A stretch of DNA of 64,000 nt from Conger conger (Eukaryota), in contig NC_083776.1 in assembly GCF_963514075.1 (NCBI RefSeq), forward strand, positions 18,822,415 to 18,886,414, given 5' to 3'. Shown one piece after another: positions 24,761-36,550 of this stretch. Both the position numbers and the translations under genes were made by a program. Within the stretch, counting starts at the first letter, position 1. The number at the start of each line of letters is the position of its first letter. The notes under the pieces are model-generated. The model was not told the origin of the DNA and did not search any database. It saw nothing but the letters and a program-made list of their open reading frames with translations.

Positions 24761-25098
24761 GATGGTGGAGTGGGTAGCATTGCCGCCTCACAGCAAGGTC
24801 CTGGGTTCGAATCCCCGTCGGCCGGAGTTTGCATGTTCTCCCCGTGTTTGCGCGGGTTTCCTCCGGGTACTCCGGTTTCCTCCCACAGTCCAAAGAGCTT
24901 AGCTTAGGCTGATTGGAGAGTCTAAATTGCCCATAGGTATGAGTGTGTGAGTGAATGGTGTGTGTGCCCTGCGATGGACTGGTGACCTGTCCAGGGTGTA
25001 TTCCTGCCTTTCGCCCAATGTATGCTGGGATAGGCTCCAGCCCCCCTGCGACCCTATTCAGGATAAGCGGGTTAAGATAATGGATGGATGGATGGATG
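24761..25098 (+). mobile_element. tRNA-derived SINE (family A), located in parp4 intron.
   Basis: Same head, core and tail as 2871-3240. It ends in (GGAT)n. Confidence 0.85.
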
Positions 25099-25588
25099 TT
25101 TTTTATTAATTTATTAGTACATGAACAAGAATTTGTCTTTGCAGTTGCTCTACTGAATGTCTGCAAATAAAATTGCTGTAAAATGCAAGTTAAGATGGCC
25201 TGAGGAGCATTTTATCTGAACTAGGCCAAGCAGAGTTTAAGTTATATTAATATTCCCTCGGAAGTGCACATTACCGCATTTGAAGTGATCAGATTCTAAT
25301 TCTGTTTGTGATTCCAACAATGTAGAAATTTAAGAGGCCTATTAACACAGGCAGATATTTCCCTGAAGCAGTTCTAGTTTGCTGATTAGAATGATTTCAA
25401 TGGAACATTTTAAGACTTACGTAAGAATCACAACTGCTAATTGAAAACAACACTGTTTCCAGAACACTGGCTGAGAATTTCGAATAAAACTTTCCAAAAA
25501 AGCCCACTCTTCGAAGGGTTAAATACCCTGCCACTGTCTGCTCACACACACCCAATTCCTTTACTGATGTTTCAACACTCCCTGACAG

Positions 25589-25772
25589 CACCAGTCTGAA
25601 GTACTCCAAGCCCGGTGCCACGGACGGCTCTCGCCTGCTCCTGGTCTGCGACGTTGCTCTGGGGAAATGCCAGGACCTCCGTAAGAAGAATATGAGCCTG
25701 AGCTCAGCCCCGGAGGGCTACCACAGTGTGCACGGTGTCCGATGCTCCCCCAAACTGACCTCTGACTTTGAG
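25589..25772 (+). CDS. parp4: parp4 catalytic-domain exon.
   Basis: Acceptor 'cctgacag|', donor 'tttgag|gtgcgt'. 'STSLKYSKPGATDGSRLLLVCDVALGKCQDLRKKNMSLSSAPEGYHSVHGVRCSPKLTSDFE' matches human 'STSIKYSHPGETDGTRLLLICDVALGKCMDLHEKDFSLTEAPPGYDSVHGVSQTASVTTDFE'. Confidence 0.95.
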
Positions 25773-26808
25773 GTGCGTACTGTATGAGGATTCAGAAAAA
25801 CAACCTTTCCTCTGTATACAACTTGTATGCAACTGATTGGGACTAGACAGCTGTCGATTGCTATGCGTGGTTTCTGTTAACCCTTTAAGATGCAAGATCA
25901 CAAATATGTGTTTAACCCTATCCACTCTGCCCCATTGTGGTTCAGTCGTTGACATCTCAAATTATTGTTGTGTTCATATTTATATCATACAAAAAACTGA
26001 TGCAATAAAAGCAAGTGACGGTGATGCCAGATTGTTAAAAAGACTGTTCGCTAGCGAGAACAGCAGTTCAGATGCTTACCAGCCTCTTATTTGCAAAGCA
26101 GGGCAATAGAACTCCAGCCTCCTCCGAGCCATGCACATGGTTTACAACCCTCACCTCCTCACAGACTCAGACAATAAAAGGCATATTCTATTCTAATCCT
26201 TGATACCGTTTCTGTATGTCAAAAAAATCATGTTCCAATATAAGAACAAAAATATACAATTCAGAAGTTGCATGAATAAACATGCAAAATGTTTTTTTAA
26301 TTTTTATTCCACGTCCGACTGACATAAACTCACTGAGCACTGTATTAGGTATTTATTACTTTTTTTTTTTACTTATTGGTCTTCTGTTTCTGTAACTTAT
26401 CCACTTAGATGTCTGTTTGGTCTCAAATATCTGAATGGTACAAGCCTCTTCTTTAATTTAAGTCTGCAACCGCGTGTGTGCAGTAAATCGTTTTTGAGAT
26501 ATTGACACTTTAATAGAACTAGTACAAAATAGGTGGAAATTGCTCTCTAGGGGGGCAAGGTGGAAAGAGTTAGCTGAACATCCTGATGCTGATGTAACCA
26601 ATCACTGCTGTTGAAAGGAATGCAGTTCTAGAACACTGACTTAATAAAAAATATAAAATAAACATTCCAAATAACCTACTCTTCGAATGGTTCAACATAA
26701 TAAATGATTACAATAAAAGTGTTGGCTGGGACAGCATATAGTAGATAGAAGGATGGCCCTGCTAGTCCCGAAATAACAGCTTTTTTGGTTTGGTGGCTGT
26801 GCTTGCTA

Positions 26809-26957
26809 GGATGATGAATACGTGGTGTACCAGACGGACCAGGTTGAGGTGAAGTATGTGGTGCAGTTCAGTTTGGAAGACGAGCTGGTGAAGACCTTCC
26901 AGCCGCCTCTTGACCTTTCTCCTGATAGGACGCACACGGCTTGCCCTTCCGACGTCT
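26809..26957 (+). CDS. parp4: parp4 catalytic-domain exon (catalytic Glu in the DDEYVVY motif).
   Basis: Acceptor 'cttgctag|', donor 'gtct|gtgagt'. 'DDEYVVYQTDQVEVKYVVQFSLEDELVKTFQPP...' matches human 'DDEFVVYKTNQVKMKYIIKFSMPGDQIKDFHPS'. Confidence 0.9.
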
Positions 26958-27651
26958 GTGAGTCCATTACATTACATTACAGGCATTTACAGGCATCACT
27001 CCCTACTCCCCAGCTAGACCACTCCGGTATGCCGCCTTATGGTTCCCTGGCGAGCTGCACGTTCACGCCCGTTTTCCGTTCTGATTCCTCAGTGGTGGAA
27101 TGACTTGCCTACCACAGAATCCCACCCCCTACTTCAACACAGACTTAAAACACACCTTTTTAAACTGTACCTTAACTGTACCTTAGTCCTCCCTCCTGAT
27201 TCCCCCCCCAGTGTGACTAAGTGGTCACTGTGTGGAGCTTTCTAGGTCATGTAGTGGAGGCAAAAACACTGGAGGTTTTCATTTCATTACATTAAGGGCA
27301 TTTGGCAGACACTTATCCAGAATGACATACAACAAAGTGCAAAGTGCAAACCCATAACTAGGGATAAGTGTGTTGAAAGACCCAAGAGGGAAGTAAAATT
27401 TCAACTGCTAGCTGCACAACAAAGATAAGGACCAGGGCCTATTTGATAATCGGATTTAGAATTTTTTTTCAAGACTAGGCTTGACGAGGTGCTTGATACA
27501 ATTTAGCTTTCACGTTATGTTATGTGACGTTTCCGTTTGCTCTTGATCCTTGTAGTACAGAGAATGCTCAAGTCTGAGCGAGCGGTTTGAAGGGCCTGTG
27601 ATATTGGGGGGTGTTGACAGCTGACTGCTGATGTGTTTGCCACGTTCCCAG

Positions 27652-27788
27652 TGCCAGAAACGGAGGCGGACACTGTTTGGAGAAACCGCCTGGAAGACGT
27701 GACCGCGGGGCTGCAGGACAGCGCGGGTGAACAGCTGCCCCTACAGGCCGTACATGTGAAGTGCAAGCTCATGGACCTGCTGACACAG
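27652..27788 (+). CDS. parp4: parp4 exon (linker before the VIT domain).
   Basis: Acceptor 'cgttcccag|', donor 'acacag|gtgcat'. '...GLQDSAGEQLPLQAVHVKCKLMDLLTQ' matches human 'GLQDASGNLVPLEDVHIKGRIIDTVAQ'. Confidence 0.8.
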
Positions 27789-28070
27789 GTGCATTACTGC
27801 CAGTAAACAAACTCACCTGCCATTAACATCACCTGGTCACACACACACTGCCAATAAACCACCTCACCTGCTGTTAACCTCACCTGGTCACACAGGTACT
27901 GCCAATAAACAAACTCACCTGCCATTAAGCTCACCTGGTCATACACGTACTGCCAGTAAACAAACTCACCTGCTCTTAACCTCACCTGGTCACACAGGTA
28001 CTGCCAATAAACAAACTCACCTGCTCTTAACCTCACCTGGTCACACAGGTACTCCCAATAAAATTGTTGT
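27789..28070. repeat. About 58-bp minisatellite, 5 copies. It starts exactly at the donor of the exon at 27652-27788, and each unit carries 'cacaggtactgcc'.
   Basis: Direct reading. Confidence 0.9.
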
Positions 28071-28132
28071 CTAACACTACATTGACTAAAACACAGACAG
28101 GGTTGGCTAACCTTAATCTTCCATCTTCTCAG

Positions 28133-28264
28133 GTCATAATTTTTCAGTCTTACACCAACCTGAGCATGGTTCCAATCGAGGCAAAGTATGTGTTTCCCCT
28201 GGACGAGTCTGCAGCAGTTTGTGGGTTTGAGGCCTTCATCAACGGAAAGCACATAGTGGGACAG
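28133..28264 (+). CDS. parp4: parp4 VIT-domain exon.
   Basis: Acceptor 'tcttctcag|', donor 'ggacag|gtattt'. 'VIIFQSYTNLSMVPIEAKYVFPLDESAAVCGFEAFINGKHIVGQ' matches human 'VIVFQTYTNKSHVPIEAKYIFPLDDKAAVCGFEAFINGKHIVGE'. Confidence 0.95.
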
Positions 28265-28463
28265 GTATTTCAACCCTCGAGACACTGCTTGGGATGTAGG
28301 ATTCGGGTTCTCCATTTCCCCGTCTTCACGTCTTTTCCTAGCCTCCCCCAATGGGTTGGCCTCAGAGTAGAAAAAGGAGTAAGGAAAAGGAAAAACAGGA
28401 GGAAAATAAGCGAATGGAATGAGCCCTATGTGATTGTGGGTTGTCTTTTTTCTCGGCTCACAG

Positions 28464-28550
28464 GTGAAGGAGAAGGAGCAGGCCAGGAGGGAGTACAGAC
28501 AGGCCATTGAGAAGGGTCACGGGGCATACCTCATGGACCAGGACGCCCCC
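28464..28550 (+). CDS. parp4: parp4 VIT-domain exon.
   Basis: Acceptor 'ggctcacag|', donor 'gccccc|gtaagc'. 'VKEKEQARREYRQAIEKGHGAYLMDQDAP' matches human 'IKEKEEAQQEYLEAVTQGHGAYLMSQDAP'. Confidence 0.95.
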
Positions 28551-28974
28551 GTAAGCCCCTTTCTTTCTCTGCGTTTCATCTGCCTATGTGCGTTTCTTTT
28601 TCAGGCCCTACTGCATCTTTAATGTGACTACATTACTGATAGGACTAACTAGTTCTCAAATACAAACAGACTGGTGTCGGTTGAGCGGTTGAGCCTAAAT
28701 GTAATTGCTATCATAAGTTTCTACTTTACATTACATTAGTTATTTAGCGCAGTGTTTCTCAATTCGGGACCCACTTGCCAGAAAGTTTTTGTTGAAGCGG
28801 GCACGTATACAGCTGATTTAAAGGAGCACTCTTACGCTTTTTTGACTTGAGTTTATTTGCATTAAATGCTTAACTTATGTGTGTAGGCATTTTTAAAATC
28901 ACAGTCAGTGCAGTCGTTTCCTATATATGCCTATCCAATTAGAGTTATGATGCTTTGTGTGTTCAGAGATGTGA

Positions 28975-29230
28975 CATGGCTCAGGCAGTAAGAGCAGTCG
29001 TATGGCAGTCGGAGGGTTGCCGGTTCGATCCCTCGCCCGGGCTGTGTCGAAGTGTCCCTGAGCAAGTCACCTAACCCCCAAATGCTCCTGACAAGCTGGT
29101 TGGTGCCTTGCATGGCGGCCAATCACAGTTGGTGTGTGAGTGTGTGTATGAATGGGTGAATGAGAAGCATCAATTGTACAGCGCTTTGGATAAAGGCGCT
29201 ATATAAATGCCAACCATTTACCATTTAGAT
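28975..29230 (+). mobile_element. SINE family C ('catggctcaggcagtaagagcagtcg...gcgctatataaatgccaaccatttaccattt').
   Basis: Four copies in the window: 28975-29230 (+), 31218-31455 (+), 36335-36550 (-) and 59465-59700 (-). All share the conserved block 'ggttcgatccc...gtgtccctgagcaag...cacctaacccccaa'. Confidence 0.8.
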
Positions 29231-29339
29231 GCTCTTCTTCATACCACTGTTGTAATGTGTGGTTATTTGCATTACTGTTACCTTCCTGTCAGCTTTGACC
29301 AGTATGACGTCTCTCATTAATAAGGTGTTTCGTTCTGCA

Positions 29340-29580
29340 GAACTGCTGCTTACTGGATCTTTAGTTTTTTGCAGCATTCTTTGCAAACTCTAGTATGTGT
29401 GAAAATCCCAGGAGATCAGAAGTTTCTGAGATACTCAAACCACCTTGTCTGCCACCAACAATCATTCCACAGTCAAAGTCACTGAGATAAAAAAAATTTC
29501 CCATTCTGATGGTTGATGTCAACATTAACTGAAGCTCCTGACCCATATCTACATGATTGTATGAGTTGCACTGCTGTCAC
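29340..29580 (-). mobile_element. Tc1/mariner fragment (transposase N-terminal HTH region).
   Basis: The minus ORF 'GMIVGGRQGGLSISETSDLLGFS' is the paired-like HTH of Tc1 transposases. A matching plus-strand fragment lies at 31790-32230. Confidence 0.6.
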
Positions 29581-29589
29581 ACAATTGGC

Positions 29590-29900
29590 TGATTAGCTGT
29601 GGAAGTGAGCGGAGCAGGGCGTGTTCTCAGCTGTGGAAGTGAGCAGAGCAGGGTGTGTTCCGGCGTGTTCTCAGCTGTGGAAGTGAGCGGAGCAGGGCGT
29701 GTTCTGGCGTGTTCTCAGCTGTGGAAGTGAGCAGAGCAGGGCGTGTTCCGGCGTGTTCTCAGCTGTGGAATTGAGCGGAGCAGGGCGTGTTCTGGCGTGT
29801 TCTCAGCTGTGGAAGTGAGCAGAGCAGGGCGTGTTCTGGCATGTTCTCAGCTGTGGAAGTGAGCAGAGCAGGATGTGTTCCGGCATGTTCTCAGCTGTCC
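29590..29900. repeat. About 44-bp minisatellite (gtgttctcagctgtggaagtgagcggagcagggcgtgttctggc), 7 copies. It ends about 20 bp before the acceptor of the exon at 29919.
   Basis: Direct reading. Confidence 0.9.
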
Positions 29901-29918
29901 GCTCACTCCTTCTTGCAG

Positions 29919-30083
29919 GACGTGTTCACCATCAGTGTGGGGAACCTGCCCCCGGGGGCCACGGTCCTCATCAAAGTCACCTACGTCACAGAGCTGGTGG
30001 TCCGTGCGGGGGCGCTGCTGTTCTCTCTGCCGGGCAGCGTGGCACCATGGCAACAGAGCAAAGCCCTGGACCAGACCACTCAG
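29919..30083 (+). CDS. parp4: parp4 VIT-domain exon.
   Basis: Acceptor 'cttcttgcag|', donor 'cactcag|gtaaga'. 'DVFTISVGNLPPGATVLIKVTYVTELVVRAGALLFSLPGSVAPWQQSKALDQTTQ' matches human 'DVFTVSVGNLPPKAKVLIKITYITELSILGTVGVFFMPATVAPWQQDKALNENLQ'. Confidence 0.95.
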
Positions 30084-30692
30084 GTAAGAGACGCTTTGTA
30101 CTCTTTAGCGCAGTGCCAGGTGCTACTGGCCAATCTTGAAATGAGAAATCCTCTGTTCCCTCTTACTCTGCTGGTCCTGGCTCTATTTTACTTAAATACA
30201 GGCTTTTATCCAAAGCGACTGAGTTGATTAGACTAAGCAGGGGACCATGTCCTCTGGAGCAATGCGCGGTTAAGGGCCCAATAGCAGTGCAGATCTCATC
30301 ATGGGCTTGAACCACCAACCTTCCAGGTCCAAGTCATGTACTTTAGCCACGAGGCTATAGTTCAGTCACCACAACTCAAACATAAAAGTATTTTGTTTGT
30401 GACATATGCTGTGTGTTAAAATATGTGTTAAGACATGAATGAAGCAACATTATTCATTTTTTGTGTTAATTGATTAACCCTTTCAGTCCCAAGACTGCCA
30501 CTGTCGAACATATACCTTTTCACCCAATCAAAATGACTGCTATACTATTGTGTTGAGCCCTTATCGTATTCTAATCAATAGACAAAGGTTTGTTTTGAGA
30601 TGGAATTGAAGCCATGCTGCTGGTTTTGGGACTGAAAGGCCTATTCTGCATGAACAGAATGAGGAGGATGCCATTTATTTACTGTGTGACAG

Positions 30693-30736
30693 GCATCTGT
30701 GGAGAAGGTGTGTGTGACTGAGGTTCAGGAGGACAG
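30693..30736 (+). CDS. parp4: parp4 small exon.
   Basis: Acceptor 'tgtgtgacag|', donor 'ggacag|gtgagt'. 'ASVEKVCVTEVQED' matches human 'DTVEKICIKEIGTK'. Confidence 0.7.
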
Positions 30737-31080
30737 GTGAGTGTTCATTTTTGGCTCGATTCCTGCAGATCTTTTCAGGATATATCCAGAAATAAATGTG
30801 TGATTTTTTTGGAGCACCCCCACATTTGTTATTTTGGCCTAAACTATGTAAATCGGGGGGGGTTAACAATCACCATATCACCCATGTTCACCATAAAACC
30901 ATTTTATCATCTAACCTGAACTCGGTTGACTTTTGACAGGTCGCAAGTCAAAGAAAAAAAGAAACAGTAAAAATTTACTTTAGCATATGTGAACATGTCC
31001 TTGTACATTGTCATTGTGAAATCTCAGAGGGTTTGGCAGCAGTTGACTAGCAGTTTCTTACATGATGGCTGTCCTCACAG

Positions 31081-31162
31081 AGTTTTTACCCTGGACATGT
31101 CCATCCAGATGCCCTACGAGATCTTACAGCTGTCTAGTGTGACGCACCGCATTAAAAGCAAG
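31081..31162 (+). CDS. parp4: parp4 exon.
   Basis: Acceptor 'gtcctcacag|', donor 'agcaag|gtaaca'. 'RVFTLDMSIQMPYEILQLSSVTHRIKSK' matches human 'QSFSLTMSIEMPYVIEFIFSDTHELKQK'. Confidence 0.85.
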
Positions 31163-31217
31163 GTAACACACTCTGTTTGTCACCTCATTAACACCACTGG
31201 AGTCTATGCCATCATTT

Positions 31218-31455
31218 GGGGCGACATGGCTCACGGAGTAAGAGCAGTCGGAGGGTTGCCGGTTCGATCCCCCGCCCGGGCTGTTTCGAAGTGTCCCTGA
31301 GCAAGACACCTAACCCCCAAATGCTCCTGACGAGCTGGTTGGTGCCTTGCATGGCAGCCAATCGCCGTTGCTGTGTGAGTGTGTGTATGAATGGGTGAAT
31401 GAGAAGCATCAATTGTACAGTACTTTGAATAAAGGCGCTATATAAATGCCAACCG
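31218..31455 (+). mobile_element. SINE family C copy.
   Basis: Near-identical to 28975-29230. Confidence 0.8.
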
Positions 31456-31789
31456 TTTACCATTTGGAGGCAGAAACACTAGGTTTTCAAGACCAGGCTC
31501 GATATGCTGGTAGATGCCATTTATCGTTTAGGCAAGCAAAGCAGTAGGTACACTTTAGTGGCAGGAAAAGGTCAGCATTGCTGGGCTGAATAGCCTTTTC
31601 TCGCCATGATGTTATGTTATGTTATGTATGGAATAATGCAGGACGAGGTGGTCATGGTTTTAATGCACAATGCAGGGGTGAATAACCATCCGATGAGAGA
31701 GCAAAGGAGGCCGTACCCAGTATTAGTATAGTGAGTGTACATTTGTATGTATATGTGTGTATGTGTGAGTGTATGTGTGTGCACTTTAT

Positions 31790-32230
31790 TAGGACCATTT
31801 TTACTTTATCACACCTACTTATTCATGCAATTATCTAATTAGCCAATTGTGTGGCAGCAGTGCAATGCATGCAATCATGTAGATATGGGTCAGGAGCTTC
31901 AGCTAATGTTCACATCAACCATCAGAATGGGGAAGTGACTTTGACCTTGGAATGTTTGTTGGTGGTTTGAGTATCTCAGAAACTAGTAATCTCCTGGGAT
32001 TTTCATGCACACAAGTCTCTAGAGTTTGCAAAGAATGGTGCAAGAAAACTAAAACTGAGCAGCAGTTCTGCAGACAGAACTTGTTTATGAGAGATGTCAG
32101 AGGAGAATGGCCAGACTGGCCAAAGCTGACAGGAAGGTGACAGTAATGCAAATAACCACACATTACAACAGTGGTATGCAGAAGAGCATCTCTCAACACA
32201 CAACGCATCATAACTCTCAGGGGTTAGGCT
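31790..32230 (+). mobile_element. Tc1/mariner fragment.
   Basis: The plus ORF 31952-32140, 'GGLSISETSNLLGFSCTQVSRVCKEWCKK', is homologous to the 29340-29580 fragment. Confidence 0.6.
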
Positions 32231-32370
32231 AGAGCTGTAGAAGTCTACAAAATAAGTCTAATAAATACATAATGCCTAATAAGTGCTCGGTGAGTGTATA
32301 TGTGTGTCTGTGTATATGTGTGTCCGCATATGTGTGTGTGTAAGTATGACAGTACCTCTGATGTGGGCAG

Positions 32371-32508
32371 AAAACAGCCTGCATGGCAGTGGTCAGCATG
32401 CTGCCGGGGCAGACTCTGGGACCAGGGGGATTCCAGCTCTCCTGCACCCTGTCCCAGGTGCACCTGCCCAGGATGTGGGTGGAAAACCACCCAGACAAAG
32501 ACAGCCAG
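32371..32508 (+). CDS. parp4: parp4 exon.
   Basis: Acceptor 'tgtgggcag|', donor 'agccag|gtccgt'. 'KTACMAVVSMLPGQTLGPGGFQLSCTLSQVHLPRMWVENHPDKDSQ' matches human 'RTDCKAVISTMEGSSLDSSGFSLHIGLSAAYLPRMWVEKHPEKESE'. Confidence 0.9.
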
Positions 32509-32948
32509 GTCCGTGTCTCTCTCTCTCTCGCTCTCTCTGTCTCCCAACTAGAAAAACTGGTCTGTCCAGAGATCTTGACTTCAGTGAACAATTAATTCCT
32601 CTAAAATCCCTTTCACAAGTCTCTCATATTCCTTCAGATGTGTCATTCCAATGCAAATCAAGGGGTAATGAAATGTTTAACTGCTTGGTTTGGTGCCCTA
32701 GAGATCTCTCATTTTTAACTGCGCAAAATAAATACGCTTCTCACAATCACATAATCCTACAAGCACGCCACTTAGTGAAGGTGGGACATTTCAGGACTGT
32801 AGGCTAGTCCTGTAGGGTTCAACTGAAAATGTAGACTCGTCTTTTTTAGTTAATCAAGCGATGCTGATTTGCGGGAGGATTCTGGGATGCCCAATTACGA
32901 AAGGGGGGAAAAACAGAAGCAGATTTCTCCCTCATGTCTCTCCACAGG

Positions 32949-33158
32949 CCTGCATGCTGGTGTTCTACCCACGCTTTGGCCCCAGCGGGGAAGCGGACGG
33001 GGCCGGGGCTGGGGCTGGGCCCGGGGAGGTGGTGATCCTGCTGGACACGTCCGAGTCCATGAGGGGGGTGGCCTTGCAGGATGCCCGCAGGATTGCAGTT
33101 CAGGTTCTGAAAACGCTGGACCCTGAGGTCCGGGTGAACATCCTCTCCTTTGGCACAG
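32949..33158 (+). CDS. parp4: parp4 VWA-domain exon. The MIDAS motif DxSxS is conserved (LDTSESM).
   Basis: Acceptor 'ctctccacag|', donor 'gcacag|gtaaga'. 'ACMLVFYPRFGPSGEADGAGAGAGPGEVVILLDTSESMRGVALQDARRIAVQVLKTLDPEVRVNILSFGT' matches human 'ACMLVFQPDLDVDLPDLASESEVIICLDCSSSMEGVTFLQAKQIALHALSLVGEKQKVNIIQFGT'. Confidence 0.95.
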
Positions 33159-34960
33159 GTAAGACTCCGGTTTGGCGCTGACGCGGTCCAGTAAGCTTGT
33201 TTCTAAACAAACACCCAGCCGCCAGATTCTGCAGTGGAAAACAGTCCCACCACAGGACACATCTGGAGTAAAATAAGTGGGGAATCTGTTGAACTGTGGC
33301 CTTCCAGCTCCAGGTCCATCAACCTTGGTTGATATTATTAGTAGCTTTACACATTACAATGCCAAGAGCCCAGTAGCCTGTTGCACCAGTATGATGTAAG
33401 TTTGATCGCAAGTTAGGGTGTAGGGTCCACACTAAATGTTATGCTGTAATTAGTTAGTTTAAAACTAAACTTTTAGTTTGGTTGCACATACTTTCACTAC
33501 ATCATTGGTCAACATTGTCGACCAAAACATTGTCGCATACAGTGACGTTTCTATATTCAGACCAATCATGCACTTTTAAAAAAATGAATCGCTATTCGCG
33601 TCTTGTGCCCTTCTAACTTCAAGTATATGTATGATGGTTAAATCATTCTATCTCAACTGCTGCCTTGTGCCTGTTGTCAAACAAGTATTCTAGCTGGTGA
33701 TTCATTTTGTGGATGTAATTGACTTGGTATGAAATAAAGTGTCTTTTATTAACTCTCATAATTTACGGAGTAATTTATTCCTGCACTCAAGAGATAAGGT
33801 TGGTTATTTTCTGTATCTCCACTTGCCGAAAACGAAAGCATGAGTGCACGTCAATCTCATCATACAAATTAAAGGGGTCATATATCGCGGATAATGTGCT
33901 GTTAGCTGATACCGGGCTGAATTTCCCCTCCAACAAGTTTCCCAATCTTTCAAATCGATGCGCTATGTCAACAGCTGATTTAGGAATTACTTTACACCTA
34001 GTAGGGAGTAGTCATTTGAAGTTGTATCTTAGTTCTATGTGATAACTAAATCAGCTAGTGCAACTGGTTTAAATTAAGTTATGGCATAATTCTACATTTA
34101 CGGTCACACTAGCCAACATTTGAACTCTTATACACGTTATACTGATGCAACAGGCTGCTGTTCCTCAAGGGCTGAGAACTGCTGGTTTTCCACCCTCCCT
34201 TTACATGGGAGTCTGCTGTGAAGACAGCAGCATGAATCGTTCAGTTAATTACCAGGGAGAAAAGAAAACCAGGGCCGGATTTGGATTTGAGTATCCCTGG
34301 TGACGAACATCGGAGTGAGCCGCACCGTCAGTGAAAGGAGGTGCACTGACACTCAATTATTCTATGAAAGGTTTCTCTACTCTATGAAAGGTCATCTTCT
34401 TCCTCCTCTGTTGCGTCTCCTGTATCCTGCTCTCCCTCCCAGCCACTGTAGGACAGAAAGTCCACATCCTCCTCTCTGAACAGCTTGAGAATGTCTGCGA
34501 AAGTAGCATTTGGACTCCCTGAATCCTGTGGTCAGAAAGAGAGAGATGCTATTGATTCAATTTGATTAATCGTCATTGCCTTCTAAAGCCCAGTCTCCAC
34601 CAAACAGCTGAGACGAGACAATGCTAGAGAAATCTTGTAAGGTCCATGTTTAAATCTCGAAAGAAATCTGCAAGTATGGACTATGCAGTCCACACCAAAG
34701 TGACGAGTAAATAAATGAACAACTGTTTCCATGACAACCCGAAACGTTACGTTAACTGTAACGTTCAATCAGTAATTGTTCTAAAACTCTAGGCTTAAGA
34801 CGTGACATGCTCAGTTTTAGAAACGCCAGCCAACATTGTAAAACTGGACAGTTCACATCAATAAGACCGGCTCATCTCAGCTGTGTGGTGGAGACTGGGC
34901 TTTACTCGACACTAGGAAAGGTTTTACTCTTCTGAACCTTGTGATGTTACTTCTCTGCAG

Positions 34961-35030
34961 CCCACAAGGAGCTGTTCCCGTCCTCCCAGGCCTGCTACAA
35001 GATCCTCTCAGTCGCCACAAAGTACGCATC
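34961..35030 (+). CDS. parp4: parp4 VWA exon.
   Basis: Acceptor 'ttctctgcag|', donor 'gcatcg|gtgagt'. 'AHKELFPSSQACYKILSVATKYAS' matches human 'GYKELFSYPKHITSNTMAAEF'. Confidence 0.7.
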
Positions 35031-35376
35031 GGTGAGTCTTACACAGCTCTCCTGTAGTTTACTTGAGAGGACATTGCCCTTGAAGTCTTCAAACTTGCAA
35101 CATTTTGGTCCCAAGTTTAGTCCCCGGAACTGTTGGTGCAGTATCAACACATTCTGTGTGGATTTGAGTTTGCATGTTCTCCCTGTGAAAGTGTGGGCTT
35201 CCTCTGGGCAATCTGGTTTTCCTTCCGCCTCTCCAATACAAAGACATGCAAGTTAGGCAACTGGGGGAGGGGGGTCGAGGGTCAAAAGGGCATTGCTGTA
35301 AATGAGCATGCTAAGACGTCTCCTCTGTGTGGTGCAGTACGCCGTTATATGTGAACGTGCTCCCCATTGTTCTCAG

Positions 35377-35564
35377 TCCTCCCCACCAGTTGGGGGCAGC
35401 ACTGAGCTGTGGAGAGCCTTGCGCAGCCTGAGCCTGCTGCCCCCATCCCGAGGCGTCAGGAACCTGCTGCTGATTTCGGACGGCCATGTCCAGTGCGAGG
35501 CCCTCACCCTGCGGCTGGTACGGGAGGGCATCTGTCACACCCGCGTCTTCACCTGCGGTGTCAG
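35377..35564 (+). CDS. parp4: parp4 VWA exon. The acceptor is ambiguous: an alternative in-frame acceptor at 35337/35338 would add 13 codons.
   Basis: Acceptor 'ccattgttctcag|tcc' (or 'gtggtgcag|tac'), donor 'gtgtcag|gtaagg'. '...SSPPVGGSTELWRALRSLSLLPPSRGVRNLLLISDGHVQCEALTLRLVREGICHTRVFTCGV' matches human 'ATPTMGNTDFWKTLRYLSLLYPARGSRNILLVSDGHLQDESLTLQLVKRSRPHTRLFACGI'. Confidence 0.8.
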
Positions 35565-35589
35565 GTAAGGGCCTGCTGGTGATAGTGCG

Positions 35590-36310
35590 TGCTTCAAAGG
35601 CCCGTCCACACCACTGAACCATAACTATAACCATAACCATCCACACTGCTGAACCATAACTATAACCATAACCATCCACACTGCTGAACCATAACCATAA
35701 CCATCCACACTGCTGAACCGTAACTATAAACATCCACACTGCTGAACCATAACCATAACAATCCACTCTGCTGAACCATAACCATAACCATCCACACTGC
35801 TGAACCATAACCATAACCATAACATTCCACTCTGCTGAACCATAACCATAACCATAACAATCCACTCTGCTGAACCATAACCATAACCATCCACACTGCT
35901 GAACCATAACCATAACCATCCACACTGCTGAACCATAACCATAACCGTCCACACTGCTGAACCATAACCATAACCATAACCATCCACACTGCCAAACCAT
36001 AACCATAACCATCCACACTGCTGAACCATAACCATAACCATCCACACTGCTGAACCATAACTATAAACATCCACACTGCTGAACCATAACCATAACAATC
36101 CACTCTGCTGAACCATAACCATAACCATAACATTCCACTCTGCTGAACCATAACCATAACAATCCACTCTGCTGAACCATAAGCATAACCATCCACACTG
36201 CTGAACCATAACCATAACCATCCACACTGCTGAACCATAACCATAACCATAACCATCCACACTGCTGAACCATAACCATAACCATAACCATCCACACTGC
36301 CAAACCATAA
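35590..36310. repeat. About 30-36-bp minisatellite ((ccataa)2-3 ccatccacactgctgaa), about 22 copies, beginning 25 bp after an exon donor.
   Basis: Direct reading. The long minus-strand 'ORFs' here are artefacts. Confidence 0.95.
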
Positions 36311-36334
36311 TGTCAATGGCCTGCGTTTATAAAG

Positions 36335-36550
36335 TGCTTTTTATACAAAGTGCTTTACAATTGATGCTTTTCATTCACCATTCACACACACACATTTACA
36401 TATGCACACCAATGGTGATTGGCTGCCATGCAATGTACCAATCAGTTAATCCGGAGCTATTGGGGGTTAGGTGACACTTTGATATGCCCAGGGTGTGGGA
36501 TCGAACCAGTAACCTTCCGACTGCTCTTACCTCCTGGTGCATGATGTCAC
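36335..36550 (-). mobile_element. SINE family C copy (minus).
   Basis: Reverse complement of the family C consensus. Confidence 0.7.

Noticed and set aside
35311-36316. Minus-strand ORFs of 194-244 aa (WLWLWF... / MVMVMV...)
   Set aside because: They are open frames through the (ccataa)n-ccatccacactgctgaa minisatellite. The repeat periodicity, not selection, keeps the frame open.
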